DNA of 64,000 nucleotides from Escherichia coli. Its GTDB lineage: Bacteria > Pseudomonadota > Gammaproteobacteria > Enterobacterales > Enterobacteriaceae. Shown here in pieces: positions 12,353-22,306 of the stretch. The notes beneath the pieces are model-generated. The model worked only from the letters and a program-made list of their open reading frames with translations, was not told the origin of the DNA and ran no database searches. Location of the stretch: assembly GCF_044324785.1 (NCBI RefSeq), contig NZ_CP172127.1, one strand, 5' to 3'. The first letter of the stretch is position 1; each line of letters opens with the position of its first letter. The translations under genes and the position numbers were made by a program.

Positions 12353-13237
12353 ATGGCGAAAAGGGAGAACTATAACGAGCTGTACCTGTTTATGCAGGTG
12401 GTGCGAGAAGGCAGCTTTACCGCAGCGGCTCAGCGGCTGGGTCTTGCTCAGTCAGGAGTCAGCCGTTCTGTTCGCGAGCTTGAAGAAAGGCTGGGCGTCC
12501 AGCTGCTAGTGCGCACCACGCGTAAACTGTCGCTGACACAAGCAGGCGAGCAGCTCTACCAGAAGACGGCATCTGGATTTGAAATGTTAGATCTTGGGCT
12601 TGCCACGCTGGCGCACTATCGAGAGACGCCCTCCGGCACTGTGCGTATCAATGCCAGCCAGCACGCGATTGATAAATGCCTGCTGCCAAAGCTGGCGGTA
12701 TTTAAACAGCGATATCCTGATATCCGGCTTGAACTGATAAATGAGAGCCGGTTCGTCGATATCATCGAGGAAAGATTCGATGCAGGTGTCCGCCTGGGGC
12801 CTGAAGTCGGCCAGGGTATGGTCGCGGTACGCATCACGCCCGATATGGAGATGGCAATTGTGGGGACTCCGGAACATTTTCGTCGCTATGGTTTTCCGCA
12901 AACCCCGGCGGATTTAAAGGCGCATCCCTGTATCGCCTATCAGTTTGCCGACGGCAGCGTATACCAGTGGGAACTCAATCAGGATGATAAAAAAATCACT
13001 CATCGCCCTGAAGGGCAATGGGCCTTATCCGACAGCTATATGGAAGCAGAAGCAGCCCGGCTGGGCCTCGGATTGGCCTATGTTCCTGTTGAACTGGTCG
13101 CGGATGATTTAGAACACGGTAAGCTTATCAGGGTGTTGCAGCGTTACAGCCTGCGAATGGAGGGATTGTTTCTCTATTACCCTCATCGCAACGTCTCCCC
13201 CGCCCTGCGGATGGTCATTGATACATTGAAAATCTGA
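12353..13237 (+). CDS. LysR-family transcriptional regulator
   Basis: 294 aa; N-terminal HTH with the LysR signature (FTAAAQRLGLAQSGVSRSVRELEERLGVQLLVRTTRKLSLTQAG) and a C-terminal substrate-binding domain. Confidence 0.85.
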   Translation: MAKRENYNELYLFMQVVREGSFTAAAQRLGLAQSGVSRSVRELEERLGVQLLVRTTRKLSLTQAGEQLYQKTASGFEMLDLGLATLAHYRETPSGTVRINASQHAIDKCLLPKLAVFKQRYPDIRLELINESRFVDIIEERFDAGVRLGPEVGQGMVAVRITPDMEMAIVGTPEHFRRYGFPQTPADLKAHPCIAYQFADGSVYQWELNQDDKKITHRPEGQWALSDSYMEAEAARLGLGLAYVPVELVADDLEHGKLIRVLQRYSLRMEGLFLYYPHRNVSPALRMVIDTLKI

Positions 13238-13679
13238 ACGTTAACAACGACCGACTCTTCACTGTGCAAAATTGTGTCAGGTAGTCCCTCTGCGTTCAAT
13301 TCCAGGGTCTGTACACCCTGCTTTGAGCGAGAAAGAGGGGACTATCCAGCAATGGAGATCACCCAAAAGAAAAAACCACCAGGCTCCCTCGACAACCTTC
13401 ATCCGGGCATTTAGCCTCAATCAACATTTTTATATCTGTCAGGTTACTTCATTATGAAAACTGATCATCATCGTTGTTTTTGTTGCAATAGTAGAATACG
13501 CGTATTTATTCCTCCATCTCTATTAATAACGGCAATAAACTGTTCACTTCACTGATATTTAAAATATACATCCTTTTCAAGCTGTTCAGCGGCGTAAGAA
13601 AAAGTATTAATTATGAATTCGACGATTTAACCATTTCTGGCTGATTGGTAATCATCTGTGATTAATGCTGGTCTATTGA

Positions 13680-14600
13680 TTACGCCAGCACCCTCTCTAG
13701 CTTATTCACCGCCGCCACATACTTCGCCGGATTTTTATCTTTCAGCACCGCCAGATTACGTTGCTTCCAGCGAATAGCCGGAAGATGCTGAATTTCAGGA
13801 TAGCGATACCGCGACCAGTCAGGGCTGTTTTGCTTAAAACTGAGCAAGAACTCGCGATCCAGATCCGTAAGATGTGACTTCAACGCCTGCGGCAGCAAAG
13901 TCGTTACTGACAGCAGCGATTCCAGCGACGTTTCCTGCTGAGTCATCCCCGAAAATTCCTGAGCATACAGCGTCGTGATCCGCTCTGTATCCCAGTTTGG
14001 GGCCAGCAACTCGGCAATGGGGCGGGGATGGCCTGCCAGATAACAAAGAAAACCGTCAAAGATCTCCCGCATCAGTCCCGGTTTCTCCAGCATATTCAGC
14101 ACATCAAACAGATCGCGCGGGTGCTGACGATCAAGCGCTGCGCAGATTTTACCGCCATAAAGATCCGCCAGCGAGACGACACTCATGGTGGTGAAGCCAT
14201 ACTCCATTTCCACACGTTCGCACACAGGCATTTCTGCCGGAGGCAACAACAGCCCGCGCCAGACCGGGCTAACCTCGATCTTAATCTTTGCATCAGCGGT
14301 ATTCACAATGATGCGCTTTTCATCCGCTTTATTTTCCTGCCGAATCGCGGTGATCCCCGGTCTGCCGTTCAGCGATGCAGTAATCCTCTTCAAAGCGTCG
14401 TTGATAGCCGCCAGATCAGTATCGCGATCCGCAAAGCTCTTATACGCCAGATCAATATCCACCGACAGACGGGGAAAATCCTGCACAAACAAATTGATTG
14501 CCGTGCCGCCTTTCAACGCGAAACAGGACTCCTTCGCCACATGCGGCAGAGCAGCCATCAACAGCTTAACCTGCCGGGCATAACTATCACGCAGATCCAT
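13680..14600 (-). CDS. AbiEii-family nucleotidyltransferase (type IV toxin-antitoxin / abortive-infection toxin)
   Basis: 306 aa; N-terminal nucleotidyltransferase motif LKGGTAINLF...LSVDIDLAY characteristic of AbiEii/DUF1814 proteins; overlaps the upstream gene by 14 bp. Confidence 0.75.
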   Translation of the reverse strand: MDLRDSYARQVKLLMAALPHVAKESCFALKGGTAINLFVQDFPRLSVDIDLAYKSFADRDTDLAAINDALKRITASLNGRPGITAIRQENKADEKRIIVNTADAKIKIEVSPVWRGLLLPPAEMPVCERVEMEYGFTTMSVVSLADLYGGKICAALDRQHPRDLFDVLNMLEKPGLMREIFDGFLCYLAGHPRPIAELLAPNWDTERITTLYAQEFSGMTQQETSLESLLSVTTLLPQALKSHLTDLDREFLLSFKQNSPDWSRYRYPEIQHLPAIRWKQRNLAVLKDKNPAKYVAAVNKLERVLA

Positions 14601-15390
14601 CTTCGACTCCTTCCGGTTTAAATGCGCGTGGAACAGTAATTTGATAATCCGGCTCCAGCCAGCCGCCGGGTATGATTTGCCGCTTTCCCGTACCTGTTTC
14701 TATACCGCTTTGATCAATATACTGAAAATAAGGGTGTCCATTACGCCGGGCAAGGTAAAGCATCACCCGGTTGGTTTTAACCGAATGACTGGCGCAGAGT
14801 AACGCCTGCAATTTACGCGGGCTGAGAAGATTCATCCCCTGAAACAGAGCATCGGCATGTTCGAACGATATCAACGAAGGAACGCCGCAGGCGATCTCAT
14901 ACGCGGCCAGTTCCGGGGCACTGCCTGCTAACTGCCGGTCGCCAATTTTCAGTTCCGTAGTCAATGACGTTACATCTACGGTAAGCCCCGATGTATACAG
15001 CGTGATAAATGTTGCAGATTGTTCGAAGGCAGCAAACCATCCCGGCAGCTTAACGTAAGCCGGAAGCGCGAGCCAGACCTGCGGCTTACCCGGTTCGGTA
15101 TAGTGCGCATGGCCCTGAAACGCAAGGCTGGTTAGCCCCGCCACCCGAACAGGCTTTTCCCACTGTGTTTGAAGGCAGTAAACCGCGTCTACCCAATCCG
15201 GCTCACGGCCCGTCCGGCAGTACACGCCGTGAGCGATGCGCCTGAGCCAGCCATTTTGAACATAGAGATAAGAAAGCTTACGATCTACGCCGTTGCGGGT
15301 AAGCCATGACTGGAGCAGCACCTGACCGGGTAGCGTATTTTGCATCAACCAGTTTAGATAGTTTGGCAAATGTCGCTCCTGAATAGACAT
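14587..15390 (-). CDS. AbiEi-family antitoxin/transcriptional regulator
   Basis: 267 aa, immediately upstream of and overlapping the AbiEii gene; N-terminal segment resembles the AbiEi winged-helix domain (GWLRRIAHGVYCR). Confidence 0.65.
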   Translation of the reverse strand: MSIQERHLPNYLNWLMQNTLPGQVLLQSWLTRNGVDRKLSYLYVQNGWLRRIAHGVYCRTGREPDWVDAVYCLQTQWEKPVRVAGLTSLAFQGHAHYTEPGKPQVWLALPAYVKLPGWFAAFEQSATFITLYTSGLTVDVTSLTTELKIGDRQLAGSAPELAAYEIACGVPSLISFEHADALFQGMNLLSPRKLQALLCASHSVKTNRVMLYLARRNGHPYFQYIDQSGIETGTGKRQIIPGGWLEPDYQITVPRAFKPEGVEDGSA

Positions 15391-15652
15391 TAGTAGAAAT
15401 ATTTAAACCAGTGTAGGTTCAGGGATACGCCACAGCAAGAAATAGTTTACTTATTCCTCATTTTGTCTACTTAAAATTGACATTGAGAAAAAAATACAAA
15501 CTTACCTACATTCAGGCAAAGTGCGACAAATAGACTCGGTCGGTTTAAAGAGAACGTGTAACATAGATGCAAATCGAATAGACATTGTTGCCAGCCGTTC
15601 CAAGGTTGTGGGGCGCTGCATGGCCTGAGACGTGATAAATACAGGGAACACA

Positions 15653-18600
15653 ATGAAATTCACTGAAGATACCCGAGTAAAAATCCCCGTCATCCTCCAC
15701 CTGATACGGCTGGGCTACCACTACCTGTCCCTTAAAGAACAACGCTGGGACAAAGAAACCAATATCTTCCCTGACCTCTTCACCGCTGCGATTGGCAGAA
15801 TAAATCCCGGACTTGTGCCAGACGACATCGGACGCCTGTTAAAAGACCTCACGCTGCTTCTCGACAACGATGATCTGGGCCGCGCCTTCTTCGAAAAACT
15901 CAGTGACCGTTCCGGTATCAAACTGATCGACTTTGATAACTTCAACAACAACAGTTTCCATGTCGTCACCGAACTGACCTGCGAAAACGGTGATGAAGAA
16001 TTCCGCCCGGACATCACGCTGCTGATCAACGGCATGCCGCTAATCTTTATCGAAGTGAAAAAACCCAACAATCGGGAAGGCATCGTCGCAGAACGCAACC
16101 GCATCAACGAACGCTTTAAAAACCCCAAATTCAAACGCTTCGCCAACATCACCCAGTTCATGATCTTCTCCAATAACATGGAGTATGACGACAGCGACCC
16201 GGAGCCGATTCAAGGGGCATTCTACGCCAGCAGCTCTTACAGCAACCCGGTATTCAACTACTTCCGCGAAGAAGAACTCTTCAACCTGACCAACTTACTG
16301 AAACCGCTGTCAGAAGAAACCGAAATCGCCGTCCTGAAAGACAACAACCTGGAAGTGATCCGCACCAACCCGGAATTTCAGACCAACAAAGATCACAACC
16401 GCCCGACAAACCGCCTCTGCACCGCGCTGTTGAGCCGGGATCGGCTGGCATTTATCCTGCGCTATGCGCTGGTGTATGTAGCCGAACCGGGCGGCATCCA
16501 AAAACACATCATGCGCTACCCGCAGCTCTTCGCCACCAAAGCGATTGAGCGCAAACTGAACGCTGGCGTGAAAAAAGGCATTATCTGGCACACCCAGGGC
16601 AGTGGGAAAACCGCATTGGCATACTACAACGTGCGCTTCCTGACAGATTACTTCCAGAATCAGCAGGTGATCCCGAAATTCTACTTTATTGTCGATCGTC
16701 TTGATCTGCTCCAGCAGGCGCAGCGTGAATTCACCGCCCGTGGCTTAATCGTTCACCTTATCGACTCCCGCGAAGCCTTCACCCGCGATATCAAAGCGAC
16801 GCAGGCGCTGCACAACCACCACGGCAAAGCGGAAATCACCGTCGTCAACATCCAGAAATTCCGCGATGACCCGGATGTCGTCACCACCAAAGACTACGAC
16901 ATCAACATCCAACGCGTGTACTTCCTCGATGAAGTCCACCGCAGCTACAACCCCAAAGGGAGCTTCCTGGCGAATTTAAGCCAGTCGGACACCAACGCCA
17001 TCAAAATTGGCCTGACCGGTACGCCTCTGCTGGGCACAGACTACAACTCCCGCGACCTCTTCGGCGACTACATCCACAAATACTACTACAACGCCTCCAT
17101 TGCCGACGGCTACACGCTGCGCCTGATCCGTGAAGAGATCGCCACCAACTACCGGATGATCCTGCAACAGGCGCTAAAAGACGTAGAAGTCAGAATGGGC
17201 GATGTGGATCGCAAAGACATCTACGCCCATCCCAGTTTCGTCAAACCGATGCTGAACTACATCGTCACCGACTTTGCCAAAAGCCGGGGCGCACTGAATG
17301 ATGACACCATCGGCGGCATGGTGATTTGCGACAGCTCAGAACAGGCCAAGCAGATGTTTGAGATATTCAACACTGACTACGCCGAATCGCCCACCGCTGC
17401 CGATGACGTCGCCGAAGAAATGCCGGTATTACAGGCCGCAGAGCCTGCCGCCGTTTACCAGATCCACGCCAAAGAAACGCGGAAAATCAAACGCGCCGCC
17501 CTGATCCTGCACGACGTCGGCAGCAAGCAGGAGCGCAAAGAATGGGTGGATCAATTCAAAGCGGGCGAGATTGACCTGCTGTTCGTCTACAACATGTTGC
17601 TCACGGGCTTTGACGCCAAACGGCTAAAAAAACTCTACCTCGGGCGGGTGATCAGAAAGCACAACCTGCTCCAGGCGCTGACCCGCGTCAACCGAACCTA
17701 CAACCACTTCCGCTACGGCTATGTGGTGGACTTCGCCGACATCCGCCAGGAATTTGACGCCACCAACAAAGCCTACTTCGAAGAGCTACAGGCTGAACTG
17801 GGCGATGAAATGGAGCATTACTCCCGCCTGTTCAAATCAGCGGATGAGATTCGCGAAGAAATCGAACATATCAAAGACGTTCTGTTTAGCTTCGATACCG
17901 AAAACGCGGAAATCTTCACTGACCAGATAAACCAGATCCATGACCGGGAAACCGCGCTGGTACTGAAAAACGCGCTGGCCGACGCCCGCAGCCTGTACAA
18001 CCTGATTCGCCTCCAGGGCAACACTGAGTTTCTCCAGGCGCTGGATTTCAACAAACTCAACATCCTTTACCGCGAAGCCAGCCGCCGCCTCGACTTACTC
18101 AACCTGAAGGCGGATCTGGAACAGGGTGTTGACCTCTCCGGCCTGCTGAACCGGGCGCTGGAAGAGGTGATCTTTGAATTCCACAAAGTGGGCGAAGAAG
18201 AGCTGGTACTGGCCGACGAGCTGAAAGAGACGCTGCGCCGCACCCGCGAAGCGCTGGCCGCCAACTTCGACCAGCAGGACCCGCAGTTCGTCAGCCTGAA
18301 AGACGAACTGGAGCGTCTGTTTAAGAAAAAGAAACTCAGCGAAGTCACCCAGCAAGAAATGGTTGCGAATATCGGCACACTCAATAAAATTCATGGCCGC
18401 ATCAAAGAGCTAAACCGCCAAAATAACCTGCTGCGCCAGAAATACCGTGGCGACGTGAAATACGCGCGTACCCACAAACGCCTGCGCGAGCGCGGCGGCC
18501 TGAGCGAGCCGGAGCGTAAAATCTTCGAAGCACTGCTTGGCGTTAAGCTGGATGCGGATGAAAAAGTGCTGAATAACAGCCAGATACTGAACAACGAAAG

Positions 18601-18751
18601 CTATTTTGAGCGGCAGATTGTGTCATGTGTACTCGATCACTTTGAACAACAGCAGCACATCACCCTGAGTGCGAAAGCGGCTGGCGACATCAACCGCCTG
18701 ATTGTGGCGGAATACCTGAACGAATTTAATACCGGAGCACGTACGTGGTAG
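15653..18751 (+). CDS. hsdR: Type I restriction enzyme, endonuclease/translocase subunit HsdR
   Basis: N-terminal PD-(D/E)xK nuclease motif (IFIEVKK), helicase motif I (HTQGSGKT) and motif II (FLDEVHRS); ATG at 15653 preceded by AGGGA, with an upstream in-frame GTG at 15632. Confidence 0.85.
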   Translation: MKFTEDTRVKIPVILHLIRLGYHYLSLKEQRWDKETNIFPDLFTAAIGRINPGLVPDDIGRLLKDLTLLLDNDDLGRAFFEKLSDRSGIKLIDFDNFNNNSFHVVTELTCENGDEEFRPDITLLINGMPLIFIEVKKPNNREGIVAERNRINERFKNPKFKRFANITQFMIFSNNMEYDDSDPEPIQGAFYASSSYSNPVFNYFREEELFNLTNLLKPLSEETEIAVLKDNNLEVIRTNPEFQTNKDHNRPTNRLCTALLSRDRLAFILRYALVYVAEPGGIQKHIMRYPQLFATKAIERKLNAGVKKGIIWHTQGSGKTALAYYNVRFLTDYFQNQQVIPKFYFIVDRLDLLQQAQREFTARGLIVHLIDSREAFTRDIKATQALHNHHGKAEITVVNIQKFRDDPDVVTTKDYDINIQRVYFLDEVHRSYNPKGSFLANLSQSDTNAIKIGLTGTPLLGTDYNSRDLFGDYIHKYYYNASIADGYTLRLIREEIATNYRMILQQALKDVEVRMGDVDRKDIYAHPSFVKPMLNYIVTDFAKSRGALNDDTIGGMVICDSSEQAKQMFEIFNTDYAESPTAADDVAEEMPVLQAAEPAAVYQIHAKETRKIKRAALILHDVGSKQERKEWVDQFKAGEIDLLFVYNMLLTGFDAKRLKKLYLGRVIRKHNLLQALTRVNRTYNHFRYGYVVDFADIRQEFDATNKAYFEELQAELGDEMEHYSRLFKSADEIREEIEHIKDVLFSFDTENAEIFTDQINQIHDRETALVLKNALADARSLYNLIRLQGNTEFLQALDFNKLNILYREASRRLDLLNLKADLEQGVDLSGLLNRALEEVIFEFHKVGEEELVLADELKETLRRTREALAANFDQQDPQFVSLKDELERLFKKKKLSEVTQQEMVANIGTLNKIHGRIKELNRQNNLLRQKYRGDVKYARTHKRLRERGGLSEPERKIFEALLGVKLDADEKVLNNSQILNNESYFERQIVSCVLDHFEQQQHITLSAKAAGDINRLIVAEYLNEFNTGARTW

Positions 18752-18909
18752 AACTGTAATTTAGAGATAAAACCAAAACCCTGATCGACAGCCTGAAAAG
18801 CATCTGTGCGAACTACGGCCTGGGCAACGACGGTAACGAATTCAAAATTATCACTCAGGCATTCCTGTACAAATTCCTGAACGACAAATTCGCCTTTGAA
18901 GCCAAAAAG

Positions 18910-20382
18910 GTGGATAAAAGCATCGCCAGCGCCGAAAAATGGGAAGTCGCGCTCAATCAGATGAGCGAAGAACAGCGGGATAAACTGCAACTGAAGATGA
19001 GCGCCGACACTGCGCGTCTGAAGCCGCATCACTTCATTCAGTATTTATACAACCGTCAAAATGAGGCCAATTTCGCCACCACCTTTGACGACACCCTGAT
19101 GGACATCGCCGCCACCAACAACGACGTCTTCGCGGTCAAAACTGACGGCGGCGCGAAAGTGGTGCTGTTTGAGCGCCTCAGCCAGTACATCGCCGACGAA
19201 TCAAGGCGCGACGACTTCTGCCGCGCCATTATCAACAAACTGGCCGATTTCAGCTTCGAGCGCATCTTCACGCAGAAATTCGACTTCTACGCCACTATCT
19301 TTGAATACCTGATCAAAGACTACAACAGCAACTCCGGCGGCAAATACGCGGAATACTATACGCCCCACGCCGTGGCGCGCATCATGGCGGAAATCCTGGT
19401 GCCGAAAGCACAACAGGGCGTAGTGCGCAACGTAAGCTGTTACGACCCGTCCGCCGGTTCCGGCACCTTACTGATGAACGTGGCGCACGCCATCGGGGAA
19501 GATCGTTGCAGCATCTTCGCGCAGGACATCTCGCAGAAATCCTCCAGCCTGCTGCGCCTGAACCTGATCCTCAACAATCTGGTGCATTCGATCCCCAACG
19601 TGATTCAGGGCAACACCATTCTGCACCCGTTCCACAAGGACGGCAGCGCGCTGAAACGCTTTGACTATATCGTCTCTAACCCGCCGTTTAAGATGGATTT
19701 CAGCGATTTCCGCGACGATTTGGATAGCAAGGAAAACCAGCAACGTTTCTTTGCCGGGATACCAAAAATCAAAGCCAAAGCCAGGGACAAAATGGAAATT
19801 TACCAGTTGTTCCTGCAACACATCATTTTCTCGCTGAAACCGGATGGTAAGGCGGCGGTCGTGGTGCCGACCGGGTTTATCACCGCGCAGTCGGGCATTG
19901 ATAAAGGGATTCGCGAACATCTGGTGAAAAACAAGATGCTGGCGGGTGTGGTTTCCATGCCGTCGAATATCTTCGCCACCACCGGCACTAACGTATCGAT
20001 CCTGTTTATTGACGCCAGCAACAAAGAGAAAGTGGTGCTGATCGACGCCTCGAATTTAGGTGAAAAGGTCAAAGACGGCAAAAACCAGAAAACGGTGCTG
20101 ACCGAAGAAGAAGAGCAGCGCATCTGCGAAGTGTTCAACAACAAGTGGAGCGAAGAGGATTTCTCGGTGGTGGTCAGCTATGACGAGATCGCCGGGAAAA
20201 ATTACTCGTTCAGCGCCGGGCAGTATTTCGATGTGAAAATTGAATACACCGATATGACGCCGGAACAGTTTGCCGCGAAGATGAACGGGTTTACGGAGAA
20301 TCTGGAGAGTTTGTTTAGCCAGTCGCGCGAGCTGGAGGTGGAGATTAAAAAGCAGATGGCGGGGCTGAATTTCCATGGTTAA
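18910..20382 (+). CDS. hsdM: Type I restriction-modification methyltransferase subunit HsdM (start uncertain)
   Basis: AdoMet motif DPSAGSGTLL, catalytic NPPF, and the conserved EYYTPHAVARIMAEIL segment. The annotated start is a GTG; about 150 bp of in-frame HsdM-like sequence lies upstream without a canonical start (see findings). Confidence 0.8.
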   Translation: MDKSIASAEKWEVALNQMSEEQRDKLQLKMSADTARLKPHHFIQYLYNRQNEANFATTFDDTLMDIAATNNDVFAVKTDGGAKVVLFERLSQYIADESRRDDFCRAIINKLADFSFERIFTQKFDFYATIFEYLIKDYNSNSGGKYAEYYTPHAVARIMAEILVPKAQQGVVRNVSCYDPSAGSGTLLMNVAHAIGEDRCSIFAQDISQKSSSLLRLNLILNNLVHSIPNVIQGNTILHPFHKDGSALKRFDYIVSNPPFKMDFSDFRDDLDSKENQQRFFAGIPKIKAKARDKMEIYQLFLQHIIFSLKPDGKAAVVVPTGFITAQSGIDKGIREHLVKNKMLAGVVSMPSNIFATTGTNVSILFIDASNKEKVVLIDASNLGEKVKDGKNQKTVLTEEEEQRICEVFNNKWSEEDFSVVVSYDEIAGKNYSFSAGQYFDVKIEYTDMTPEQFAAKMNGFTENLESLFSQSRELEVEIKKQMAGLNFHG

Positions 20383-21493
20383 AACTATTGGTGATGCTTG
20401 TAATATTAGTACAGGTAAACTTGATGCAAACCAGGCTGTAAAAGGTGGTGATTATCCGTTTTTTACGTGCGCAGAGTTCCCTGAACAAATCGATCATTAT
20501 GCATTTGACGGCGATGTGGTTCTTATTGCTGGCAATAATGCAAGAGGAAACTTTCACGTAAGCAGGTATCAAGGGAAATTTAATGCTTACCAGCGAACCT
20601 ATGTGCTTACAGCCAAACATGGTTATGATATTGATTATATTTACTATGCCTTAAGACTTGAATTAAAGCGATTGCGAGAAAAATCTCAAGGCTCGCAAAC
20701 AAAGTTTCTGACAATGCCGATTTTGACCAGTATATCGCTAGGAAACCTAGTCGAGACTGAACAATCGACAGTTTCAAGAGTATTAAAAATACTGGATAAA
20801 AAAATCGCTCTCAACAATCGTATCAACGCCGAGCTGGAAGCGATGGCGAAAACACTGTATGACTACTGGTTTGTACAGTTTGATTTCCCTGATGCCAACG
20901 GAAAACCGTATAAAACCTCCGGCGGGAAGATGGTGTACAACGCCACGCTGAAACGGGAAATTCCGGCGGGGTGGAATATTAAAAATCTTGGCGATATAGC
21001 GGAACTATATCAGCCTAAGACCATTTCAGGTAACGATTTTATTGATGATGGTGAATATCTTGTATATGGAGCCAACGGTATTGTAGGAAGATTCAATAAA
21101 TATAACCATGAAGAACCTGTCGTTACAATCACCTGCCGTGGAAATACGTGCGGCAATATAAACGTCACACGACCATATTCATGGATTACAGGGAATGCAA
21201 TGGTGGTTAAGCCAAAGTTTAACTATATTTCACCTTATTATATTTATAATTTATTGTCGATATCGGAAGTTGATAAAGTCATTACTGGCTCTGCTCAACC
21301 TCAAATTACGCGAGCAAACCTAGCTCCACTTAAGGTTGTTGAACCAGCAGAGGACATTACGCAAAAATACTCAAAGTCTGTTGATGCTTTTTTTAAAAAG
21401 CATATCTCAATATTAGATGAAAATGATAATTTATTAAAACTCCGCGACTGGCTCCTCCCCCTGCTTATGAACGGACAGGTCACGGTCAAATAA
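20375..21493 (+). CDS. hsdS: Type I restriction-modification specificity subunit HsdS (two target-recognition domains)
   Basis: 372 aa; overlaps the hsdM stop by 8 bp; two variable AT-rich domains separated by a central conserved spacer (LDKKIALNNRINAELEAMAKTLYDYWFVQFDFPD) and a C-terminal conserved helix (LLKLRDWLLPLLMNGQVTV). Confidence 0.8.
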   Translation: MVKTIGDACNISTGKLDANQAVKGGDYPFFTCAEFPEQIDHYAFDGDVVLIAGNNARGNFHVSRYQGKFNAYQRTYVLTAKHGYDIDYIYYALRLELKRLREKSQGSQTKFLTMPILTSISLGNLVETEQSTVSRVLKILDKKIALNNRINAELEAMAKTLYDYWFVQFDFPDANGKPYKTSGGKMVYNATLKREIPAGWNIKNLGDIAELYQPKTISGNDFIDDGEYLVYGANGIVGRFNKYNHEEPVVTITCRGNTCGNINVTRPYSWITGNAMVVKPKFNYISPYYIYNLLSISEVDKVITGSAQPQITRANLAPLKVVEPAEDITQKYSKSVDAFFKKHISILDENDNLLKLRDWLLPLLMNGQVTVK

Positions 21494-21653
21494 TCCCCGC
21501 CGTGTTTTGCGAGGCGCATTCCAGATCCACATTGCGCCGCGCTCACCGCTGTAAAACCGCTTGCCGTTCATAACCGATCGAAGTATCTTTCTCCCGCGCC
21601 TGCAAAATCAGGCGTCGGGATTAGCCTCCTGAAAACCGTTACAGGCGACACTT

Positions 21654-21673
21654 GACGCACCAGCGTCTTTTTT
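21654..21673 (+). terminator. Weak intrinsic-terminator-like hairpin downstream of hsdS
   Basis: GACGC-ACCA-GCGTC hairpin followed by TTTTTT; the 5-bp stem is marginal. Confidence 0.35.
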
Positions 21674-21835
21674 GTGTCGTGCGTTCGGCTACACCTCAAT
21701 GGCGGGCCGGGCGGGGGCGTCGCAAGACGCGCCGGTTTCCTGTAACGCCGGTAAGGCTAACCCCGTCCGGTTCCGCCACCCATGAGATTAGCCTCTCTAG
21801 TGGCGGACATAATAAACCGTTACAGGAGATGCCCT

Positions 21836-22306
21836 ATGGCTACAATCCTCACCCCTGACTGCGATTTACTCGATCTGTTATCCGTTCCCTTCAATGCCAC
21901 CACGGATTTTACTGTCCTTGCCGATTACTGCACCCGCTTCGCCGAAACCCTGATAGAAACCGACGATCCCGCGCTGCGGCTGGCGCTGAGCGGACGGCTT
22001 CACGCGGCTCTTGCGCTACTGCAACCCACACTGCATGACCCCATCCCGCCGCATCTTACCGAAAGCCTGACCGTTAATACCCTTCCCGCCACACCAGAGC
22101 ACTTTATTTCCGAACCCGATTCCTTGTGCGAATACTGCCTCGCACTGCTCCAGCTTCTGCTGGAACGCCCGGCGGAGCCAAAAATGGAGCAAACCCTGAC
22201 CGGGCTGCTGTGTGAGCTGGTCTGGAATTTCACGGAAGGACTCAAATCCCCGCGCTGGCTGCGTACCGCCGACGGCGTAAAATTTATCAGTGAGGTGGCC
22301 GCATGA
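21836..22306 (+). CDS. Hypothetical protein (157 aa from ATG 21836), unknown function
   Basis: ATG at 21836 preceded by CAGGAG; Leu/Ala-rich, no recognisable motif; its stop overlaps the start of the downstream Ner-like fragment (ATGATG). Confidence 0.5.
   Translation: MATILTPDCDLLDLLSVPFNATTDFTVLADYCTRFAETLIETDDPALRLALSGRLHAALALLQPTLHDPIPPHLTESLTVNTLPATPEHFISEPDSLCEYCLALLQLLLERPAEPKMEQTLTGLLCELVWNFTEGLKSPRWLRTADGVKFISEVAA

Noticed and set aside
16310-18594. Minus-strand ORFs inside hsdR (16310-16591, 18067-18384, 18095-18394, 18391-18594) with low-complexity Ser/Arg-rich translations
   Set aside because: Antisense to a gene with clear helicase and nuclease motifs; the translations are compositionally biased and lack start context.
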